In this document: positions 17,836 through 24,445 of the stretch, piece after piece
Layout of the letters: every line of letters starts with the position of its first letter
How positions within the stretch are numbered: position 1 is the first letter of the stretch
Notes under the pieces: model-generated
Told to the model about the DNA's origin: nothing
Seen by the model: the letters and a program-made list of their open reading frames with translations, nothing else
Databases searched by the model: none
DNA from: Candidatus Aegiribacteria sp.
GTDB lineage: Bacteria; Fermentibacterota; Fermentibacteria; Fermentibacterales; JCC-6
Assembly: GCA_046498225.1 (NCBI GenBank)
Contig: JAWOBF010000110.1
Location: forward strand, 1 to 24,445
DNA length: 24,445 nucleotides
Reading direction: 5' to 3'
Position numbers and translations under genes: made by a program

Positions 17836-20800
17836 ATGAGATCCTGCATATTCCCGAGTATTCTCGCGATGCTTCTCCTGGCCGGAGCGGGCTTTTCCCA
17901 GGTTCCCCAGGTCAGGATATACTGCGACCCCGGAGACTTCGGAACTATGATCGAGTTCTACCTGGAGGACATCGAGATCGACTGCACCGTGGTCGTGGGG
18001 GGGACCGTCTATCCAGGTTCCAGGATACGCCTGAGGGGGGACAGTTCCAGGGGCTATCCCAAGAAGTCATTCCGCGTGACATTTCCCGACTCCCAGCCGT
18101 TTGAAGGAAGGACGCGATGGAACTTCAATTCGGAGTACACTGACCATACCTATATGAACTCCTGGCTCTTCTCCTGGCTCATGCGTCAGCTGGACTATCC
18201 CTGTTTTTCCATCGATCATGTCAGGCTGTACGTGAACGATGACTACACGGGCCTGTACGTCAGGGCCGAGCCCTACGATCAGCATTTCCTGCTGCGACAC
18301 GGAATGGACCCGGAGGGCAATCTCTACAAGGCCGCCTCGGACGGAGCCTGCCTGAGCCGGTACGACGACGTTCCGCTGTACTGGGAGAAGAAAACGAACA
18401 GCGGCGAGGACTGGAACGACCTCTACCAGCTCATTGAATTCATGGACCAGGTCGATCCCGCAGTCCTACACCAGGCTGGGGGTGAAATACTGGCGCTGGA
18501 CGATCTTCTGACCATCCTGGCCGTCAACACGCTCACCATGAACTACAGCACCTATTACCACAACTACTATCTCTACCGTGACATTCGAGGAAGCGGACTC
18601 TGGACCATGCTCCCATGGGACGTGGACAAGCTCTGGGGCGACTGGACCAACAGGACCTACACCGCCGGTGTGAACGCCTTCTGGTACGACAACCCGCTTA
18701 TTGAGAAGGTCCTGCTGGACCCGGTTCTTTTCCAGCTCTACTTCGAAAGGATCGACTCCATCGCGACCTCGGTCCTGGACCCCTCCGTGGTGAACCCGGT
18801 GATAGATTCCCTGGAAGCGTCCATCACGGCCGCTGTGGAGGATGATGACCACGATGACGTAACTGTTGACGAGTTCCATACCGTGGTGGCCCGGCTGCGG
18901 AATGAGAGGATACCCGACAGGATCTCCGACCTGAACTACATGTACGGCAACGACGTCAGGTCTTTCAGGGCTTTTGTCGGAGACACCGTCTCCCTGGGAG
19001 ACAAGTTCGTGTGGTGGGAACCCGCCGAAGACCCGCAGGGGGGCGATGTGGACTACAGGCTCTATCTCTATACCGAGGAAGGCTGGCCCCTGGACACCCT
19101 GGATACCGTCCTTCTTACAGATACATGTCATACTTTCACGGACCTGCCTTCCGGTTCCTACATCTGGCGGGTGGAGGCCGGAGCGGGGGGTAGCAGGTAC
19201 ACCGAGGCCTACGACCGCTACAACCCGTTCACCGTGCTGAATTCGTGGTCGGTCCTGTCCGGGACGCTGACCGGCACCACCGTGCTGACAGCCGCCGGTT
19301 CTCCCTACCTTGTCACATCGGACGTCTACATCCCTTCGGGGGCATCCCTGGTGGTGGAGAGCGGTGTGGACCTGAGGCTGGCCGGTGATGTGAGCATTTA
19401 CTCCCAGGGAGAGATATCCTGCATGGGTACGTCCGCCGATTCGGTACGGTTCATTCCCGACGACGTGTCCAGCCCCTGGGGCGGCATTCGAGTGCAGGAC
19501 GGAAAAGCGGACATGACCTGCGTTTCCATCTCAGGTTCAGTGGGCTACGGCGGTTCATCCGAGGACAACGCGGTGCTGATGGGCCGGCAGTCGGACATCT
19601 ATCTGAAGGGATGCTCCTTCACCGGCAACATCAGGTGCATCAACCTCACAGGCGGAACTGTCTTCATGGACAGCTGCATGGTGACGGGCTGGAACAGGGG
19701 AGAGCTTTTCTACATGAAGGAAGGTGAATCCGCCCTGATACAGAACAGCAGCTTCGGAAACATGGTGGACCCGCCCAACCCGTGGCACGACGGTGTAGAG
19801 TTCCAGGACTGCCTCACGGGCGAGTATGTGGTAAGGAACTGCGACGTCTTCAACATTCTGGGTGACTGCATCGATTCAAACAGCAGCAACCTGATCGTGG
19901 AGAACAGCAGGGTATGGGACGCGGACGACAAGGGCTTCTCCATAGGCATAGGAGCGGAGGGCTCTCCCGTATCCAACGTGGTGCTCACCGGCAATACCGT
20001 GACCGGCTGCTATACCGGAATAGCGGTCAAGGACGATTCGTACGCCGAAATAGTCAACTGCACCGTGAGCCAGTGCGACATCGGCGTGAGGGCCTACAGG
20101 AAGACACCCGGCTCAGGCGGGGCCTACGCCACGGTTATCAACACCATTCTTCACGAAAATGCATCGGTTTTCAGCTTCGAGGACGGCTCCGAGGGAGTTG
20201 TCGGCTACAGCCTGACCGGCGGCGGGGAGCCCTGGCCGGGCCAGGGCAACATCTCGGGTGACCCCGTGTTCGCGTCCTGGGGCGGTATGGATTACTACCT
20301 GTCGTACGATTCCCCCTGCATAGACACCGGAGACCCGTCCAGGGAAGACCCGGACGGAACACGGTCCGATATGGGCGCCATGTTCTTCCCCCAGAATTTC
20401 GATGAGGTCTTCATCAACGAGATACAGTCCCTGAACAGTACCACCATCGCTGATGAATACGGGGAATACGACGACTGGTTCGAGCTGTACAACGGTTCCG
20501 ACTACGATTGCGACCTGAGCTGGGTCTACGTTTCGGACGATCCCTCCCAGCTGGACATGTACCAGTTCCCTCCGGGCACCCTGATCCCCGCAGGAGGCTT
20601 CCTGGTGGTCTGGGCAGACGCTCATCCGTGGCAGGAGGGCCTGCATCTTCCCTTCCGGCTTTCCGGCTCCGGCGACAGTATCTACGTCTCCCGGCAACCG
20701 GCGGGCATGACGGATGGCGGTTCCCGCTCAGGCGCGCTCTCGCCCGTGGACTGGTACAGCTTCGGATCCATCCCTCCCGATATCTCCTTCGGAAGATACC

Positions 20801-21162
20801 GGGACGGCGGGGCGGAATGGGGAATCCTGGAATCCTGCACTCCGGGCTGGTCGAATTCACTTCCCTGGAGCGAATCGGGATTCCTTCAGGTCTCGAGCGC
20901 CTTTCCCAATCCGGTCTGGACAGGCTCGGTGGCGGTGGACATCACCGTGGACGCCGGAATGACCAGGGTCGCGGTCTACGACATGGCGGGAAGGCTGGTC
21001 GCGGTCCCGTTCGACGGCCACCTAGAATCAGGGGAGTACAGGATGTACTGGAACACCGTACTGGAGAGGGGCGGCCTGGCTCCTGTGGGTGTTTATGTAA
21101 TACATGTCATGCACTCGGCCGGTCTGTCCGAGAGCAGGAAGGTTGTCGTGCTCCGAGACTGA
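17836..21162 (+). CDS. Secreted CotH-kinase-family multidomain protein (CotH, FN3-like, right-handed beta-helix, lamin-tail domain, T9SS-type CTD)
   Basis: Signal peptide; RLRGDSS...KKSF, YTGLY, GNLYK, HNYYLY and LPWDVD; beta-helix repeats; SPCIDTGDP...RSDMGA; lamin-tail INEI...DWFELYN; CTD FPNP...VYDMAGRLV...GVY...KVVVL. Confidence 0.88.
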   Translation: MRSCIFPSILAMLLLAGAGFSQVPQVRIYCDPGDFGTMIEFYLEDIEIDCTVVVGGTVYPGSRIRLRGDSSRGYPKKSFRVTFPDSQPFEGRTRWNFNSEYTDHTYMNSWLFSWLMRQLDYPCFSIDHVRLYVNDDYTGLYVRAEPYDQHFLLRHGMDPEGNLYKAASDGACLSRYDDVPLYWEKKTNSGEDWNDLYQLIEFMDQVDPAVLHQAGGEILALDDLLTILAVNTLTMNYSTYYHNYYLYRDIRGSGLWTMLPWDVDKLWGDWTNRTYTAGVNAFWYDNPLIEKVLLDPVLFQLYFERIDSIATSVLDPSVVNPVIDSLEASITAAVEDDDHDDVTVDEFHTVVARLRNERIPDRISDLNYMYGNDVRSFRAFVGDTVSLGDKFVWWEPAEDPQGGDVDYRLYLYTEEGWPLDTLDTVLLTDTCHTFTDLPSGSYIWRVEAGAGGSRYTEAYDRYNPFTVLNSWSVLSGTLTGTTVLTAAGSPYLVTSDVYIPSGASLVVESGVDLRLAGDVSIYSQGEISCMGTSADSVRFIPDDVSSPWGGIRVQDGKADMTCVSISGSVGYGGSSEDNAVLMGRQSDIYLKGCSFTGNIRCINLTGGTVFMDSCMVTGWNRGELFYMKEGESALIQNSSFGNMVDPPNPWHDGVEFQDCLTGEYVVRNCDVFNILGDCIDSNSSNLIVENSRVWDADDKGFSIGIGAEGSPVSNVVLTGNTVTGCYTGIAVKDDSYAEIVNCTVSQCDIGVRAYRKTPGSGGAYATVINTILHENASVFSFEDGSEGVVGYSLTGGGEPWPGQGNISGDPVFASWGGMDYYLSYDSPCIDTGDPSREDPDGTRSDMGAMFFPQNFDEVFINEIQSLNSTTIADEYGEYDDWFELYNGSDYDCDLSWVYVSDDPSQLDMYQFPPGTLIPAGGFLVVWADAHPWQEGLHLPFRLSGSGDSIYVSRQPAGMTDGGSRSGALSPVDWYSFGSIPPDISFGRYRDGGAEWGILESCTPGWSNSLPWSESGFLQVSSAFPNPVWTGSVAVDITVDAGMTRVAVYDMAGRLVAVPFDGHLESGEYRMYWNTVLERGGLAPVGVYVIHVMHSAGLSESRKVVVLRD

Positions 21163-21206
21163 AGCGCGGAGAATGAAAATCTATAAATTCCAATCTGGAG
21201 GTTGCA

Positions 21207-21809
21207 GTGCTTATATTTTCAATGATGATCTCACTTGTGCTTGCCGCGCAGGGGGATATAGTGATAAGCGAGATAATGTACAATCCCGACGGCCCCACCC
21301 TGGGCGAGGATGACAGCTACGAATGGGTGGAACTCTGTAATATCGGTACCGCTCCGGTTGAGCTGGGAGGCATGATGCTGAAGGACCCCGGCAACCACCT
21401 GTTCCTTGATCCCCATACCCTGGGACCCGGAGAAAGGGTCGTGGTGGCGGCGGACATCGAAGCATTCACTGGAGCCTACGGTCATGGTATCGATCTGGTT
21501 CCATGGGACGGCGTATGGACGAAGCTGTCCAACTCCGGCGATCAGCTGGTCCTTTATTCAGCCGCCGGCGCGGTTCTGGACGAGCTTTCGTACTCTGACA
21601 CCTGGGGTATGGAGGAGGGGGACACCAGGAGCGATGCGGACGGCAGGGGCTCTTCCCTCGAGAAGATGGACCTGGCAGGTCCCAATGTGGAGAGCAACTG
21701 GGCACCTTCAGTGGATTTTTCCTGCCCGGTCGCCGACCCGGAGGACGGCAGCCCCGTCTGCTGGGGCACTCCAGGCGCCCCGAACACCGTGGAAACGTCA
21801 GCGCCCTAG
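21207..21809 (+). CDS. Secreted lamin-tail-domain protein
   Basis: Signal peptide, IVISEIMYNP, EWVELCN, LSNSGD, GSSLE and GTPGAPN; GTG start after GGAGGT. Confidence 0.85.
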   Translation: MLIFSMMISLVLAAQGDIVISEIMYNPDGPTLGEDDSYEWVELCNIGTAPVELGGMMLKDPGNHLFLDPHTLGPGERVVVAADIEAFTGAYGHGIDLVPWDGVWTKLSNSGDQLVLYSAAGAVLDELSYSDTWGMEEGDTRSDADGRGSSLEKMDLAGPNVESNWAPSVDFSCPVADPEDGSPVCWGTPGAPNTVETSAP

Positions 21810-21826
21810 CCCCTACGAAGCTTCCT

Positions 21827-22519
21827 TCAGAAGTCTACGTCGTTGCTTGCGGCCACCAGGTTCACGTTATCCACGCCTGAGATGGCGTTGAGCCCTGTGA
21901 CTATATCCCTTGAACTGAATCCCGGCTTGAGGGACAGGTCGTAGGTCAGTGTGAGGTAGACTCCGTCGTTCGAAGGTTCTATGTGGATTATGCCGCTTCT
22001 GGCCGCCCTGTCGTTGATGAAGCTTATGTAGGCCTGCTCGTCGCCTGTTTCCCTGTTGAACCTGAATCTCAGCATGAACTCGCTCCGGTGAATGGAGCCG
22101 AAGTTGGTCCGTGAAAGCACGAGGGCCACCGTACCTATGAAGAATGTGGAGAATGTGGCGAGGATATAGTTCCCCGTTCCGGAGGCTATGCCCTCCGTCA
22201 GTGCGAAGAAGATGAAGGCCGTGTCCTTGGTGTCCTTCACCACCGTTCTGAACCGGACGATGGTTAGGGCGCCTACCAGGGCGAAGGCCCTGGCAAGGTT
22301 GCTGCCGATGACCATCATCACCGCGCTGACCGTTATGCACATGAGCACCAGGGTCACCACGAAGGACTGGGAGTACGAGAGTCCCTTGTGCGTTCTTCGG
22401 TAGATGACACCTATCAGCAGGCCGGCGCCAAGCGCCAGGAAGAGGTTGATCACGACTGACTGGGGGCTGTACCCCAGTTCCTCCGAAGTGCTGGTGAACC
22501 ATTCCGTCAGCAGAAGCAA
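21827..22519 (-). CDS. DUF4956-family membrane protein
   Basis: YSQSFVVTL, IGSNLARAFALVGALTIVRFRTVVKD, several transmembrane helices and a small soluble C-terminal domain; TTG start after AAGGAG; directly downstream of the VTC-domain gene. Confidence 0.88.
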   Translation of the reverse strand: MLLLTEWFTSTSEELGYSPQSVVINLFLALGAGLLIGVIYRRTHKGLSYSQSFVVTLVLMCITVSAVMMVIGSNLARAFALVGALTIVRFRTVVKDTKDTAFIFFALTEGIASGTGNYILATFSTFFIGTVALVLSRTNFGSIHRSEFMLRFRFNRETGDEQAYISFINDRAARSGIIHIEPSNDGVYLTLTYDLSLKPGFSSRDIVTGLNAISGVDNVNLVAASNDVDF

Positions 22520-23298
22520 GCCGGTCTCCTTTCGATCATCATGTCCAGGTTTCCGGGGATGGAATCCATGTATACGGCACTGGTGGCGTAGGCGAACTTC
22601 GAAAAGGAAACCTGTTTCAGCTGGAACTCCTGTATGAGCCGGAGGAACCAGGCCGGCATTCGGTATCGGAACTTGATCTCCAGCACATGGAGCCCGTCGG
22701 ATATCATCTTCCCGGCGCCGGTGGGATGGCCGTTGCCGCCCGCCCTGTATGCCAGCATGCCGCTGTCCAGGGTGGCCCTGAAATCCGGGTTAGCCCTGTT
22801 CTCGAACGCTGTCCTGTAATAATCAACCACTACGCTGGGCGATATCCTCTTTTTGAAGACGTCGTAAACGAACCTCGCGCCGGTGCTGCACAATCCTCCA
22901 CCGTCCAGCAGCAGGCCGGTCAGACTCTTCATTCCGTTCTCCAGGGCTTCCTCCACGGAAGCCGGTTCCAGCAGCATCCTGTGCTTGTAGACCAGGTTGC
23001 CTTTCCTGCCCTTCAGCTCCAGGAAGAGCGGGTCGGAATACACTCCGGTGGAGCTGTAGCTGCGCATGCGGAACTTGTACCTGTTCTGAAGCCCCGCCAG
23101 CTTCTCATTGTAGAGGTGGAAGCTGTCGGTGTCGAAGTAGTGGCTCCTCACGAAATAGCTACCGTCGGGGCCGGAGTGAACATCCCTCTCCAGCCTCAGA
23201 TCGAGTTCGCGGACTATTCCGGGCAGTTGCCGGGGCCTGAGAAGGTACTTGAACTCGTACCTGTGAAAGTGCAGCCTGGGCGCGTCCTTCGGTGTCAT
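22507..23298 (-). CDS. Polyphosphate polymerase (VTC / CYTH-TTM) domain protein
   Basis: RYEFKY, VRSHYFDT, RYKFRMRSY, FLELK, YYRTAF, RATLD, LEIKF and FSKF match the bacterial VTC-domain pattern. Confidence 0.9.
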   Translation of the reverse strand: MTPKDAPRLHFHRYEFKYLLRPRQLPGIVRELDLRLERDVHSGPDGSYFVRSHYFDTDSFHLYNEKLAGLQNRYKFRMRSYSSTGVYSDPLFLELKGRKGNLVYKHRMLLEPASVEEALENGMKSLTGLLLDGGGLCSTGARFVYDVFKKRISPSVVVDYYRTAFENRANPDFRATLDSGMLAYRAGGNGHPTGAGKMISDGLHVLEIKFRYRMPAWFLRLIQEFQLKQVSFSKFAYATSAVYMDSIPGNLDMMIERRPACFC

Positions 23299-24359
23299 CA
23301 GAGATCCACCGCCGCTTCGAGGATGTAGTCGGTGCGTTCTTCTTCGAAGAGCATGTTGCGAGGGCGGTGGATTATCATTGCCCCGGCCACCGAGATTGGG
23401 CTGCCGGTGTCAAGAGTCAGGGTGAAGGAAAGTTCGTCCTCCCGCAGGTCCACAGTCCGGTCGGGCTTCCAGGACCCCATGGATACCGAGGCCGTTACGC
23501 TTTCCAGGGAAGGCTTGTCCGTTTCCCAGGTAAGTCCGCCGGTCCACCACCAGGTGCGGAACTCCGGGGAGGACTCGCCGTAGATGACATTTGCACGGTC
23601 CCAGTTGTCGCCCTTTACGAACTCCCCCCGGAGCTGAAGGGAGAGGTCACCGGTCAGACCCGTGCGGAACTGGAGGTCGGCCCCCATGGCCATCTGCCTG
23701 GAAGAGCATATGTATCCCTGTACCGACTCCAGATCTAACTCGCCCAGCCGCAGGGAGGTAAGGCCTGCGCCCAGCGTGATCTCCCGCGGCAGCCGGAACT
23801 CCGCCCTGGCGACGTACTGGATTTCGTTGTCCTGGTTATTCCAGTCGGGCGAACCGTTGAAGATACCCAGGGAAACCTCCGGAAGCCCCGTGATTCCGGG
23901 ATCCAGCAGAACCGTGGCGCCTATGTCCCGTCCCGAGTAGAGAAGGTCTTCCAGCTCGCCGTCAGTTACGGAATGGTCCATGGACTGCAGGTTCCACCTG
24001 CTGAGAATAGTGTTGAGGCAGAAGGGTTTCTTGAAGCGTCCCGCCTGTACCTCCACAGGGTCCAGCGGCTCCCAGACCAGGTAGCAGTCCTTCAGGTATA
24101 TCTCCCCGGGCCTCGTCTCCAGCTGTATCTGACCCTCAGTGTTGTCAGTCACCTCGAAATCAGCGGTGAACCCGGCGGATTCCACCAGGAAACTCCTGTC
24201 CGGAACTTCCACGGCGCCGCCGAACTGGCCCGACCTTATCCTGAAGTATGCCGACAGGGTGAAGCTCTCGGCGTTCTCGTTCTCCACGTCAACGTCTGCA
24301 TGGGCCATGCAGGTAATGAGCAGTGATGCCGCCAGACAGAGAAAACCGTTCATGTTCAT
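23298..24359 (-). CDS. Outer-membrane porin, OprO/OprP (phosphate/polyphosphate-selective)-like
   Basis: Signal peptide ending AHA; LKDCYL...VQAGRFKKPF, GRDIG, GIFNG and alternating beta-strand patterns; its stop overlaps the VTC start (TGATG). Confidence 0.7.
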   Translation of the reverse strand: MNMNGFLCLAASLLITCMAHADVDVENENAESFTLSAYFRIRSGQFGGAVEVPDRSFLVESAGFTADFEVTDNTEGQIQLETRPGEIYLKDCYLVWEPLDPVEVQAGRFKKPFCLNTILSRWNLQSMDHSVTDGELEDLLYSGRDIGATVLLDPGITGLPEVSLGIFNGSPDWNNQDNEIQYVARAEFRLPREITLGAGLTSLRLGELDLESVQGYICSSRQMAMGADLQFRTGLTGDLSLQLRGEFVKGDNWDRANVIYGESSPEFRTWWWTGGLTWETDKPSLESVTASVSMGSWKPDRTVDLREDELSFTLTLDTGSPISVAGAMIIHRPRNMLFEEERTDYILEAAVDL

Positions 24360-24445
24360 TCTTCACGCCTCGCATTCCGGTTCATGCATAAGACCTAACA
24401 ATAGCAAACAAGCCCGCAACATTCCAGTGCCGAAGTATCATCTCA

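Noticed and set aside
21810..21826. Intrinsic terminators at the convergent junctions (also 1570-1572 and 4022)
   Set aside because: The gaps are 1-17 nt with no convincing hairpin plus U-tract.
24360..24445. Pho box or sigma54 promoter upstream of the porin
   Set aside because: No 11-bp direct repeat or well-formed TGGCAC-N5-TTGC; only a possible extended -10 (TGcTATTGT, 24406-24398), too weak to call.

Overview
GC-rich bacterial window of envelope and secretion genes. The PorU-like proteins and T9SS-type C-terminal domains suggest an FCB-superphylum organism; Ca. Fermentibacterota is a tentative guess. Left to right: partial lpdA and mazG; a convergent REC-GAF-GGDEF diguanylate cyclase that may start at ATC; a secreted beta-propeller; a minus-strand operon (LolC/E-type permease, transglutaminase-like protein, double aspartyl-protease/PDZ lipoprotein); a ~180-nt structured intergenic RNA candidate (6S-like or leader); and a tightly coupled ~13.4-kb plus-strand operon (PorU-like C25 peptidase, CobB sirtuin, second PorU-like C25 peptidase, TPR/HTH protein, CotH/beta-helix/lamin-tail/CTD protein, small lamin-tail protein). 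That operon converges on a minus-strand OprO/P-like porin, VTC polyphosphate-polymerase and DUF4956 operon. The best candidate for an uncharacterised system is a polyphosphate synthesis/export module paired with a T9SS-exported CotH-family protein whose catalytic Asp appears replaced. No mobile element, CRISPR array, tRNA or rRNA was seen. All family calls come from reading motifs by eye, not from database searches.
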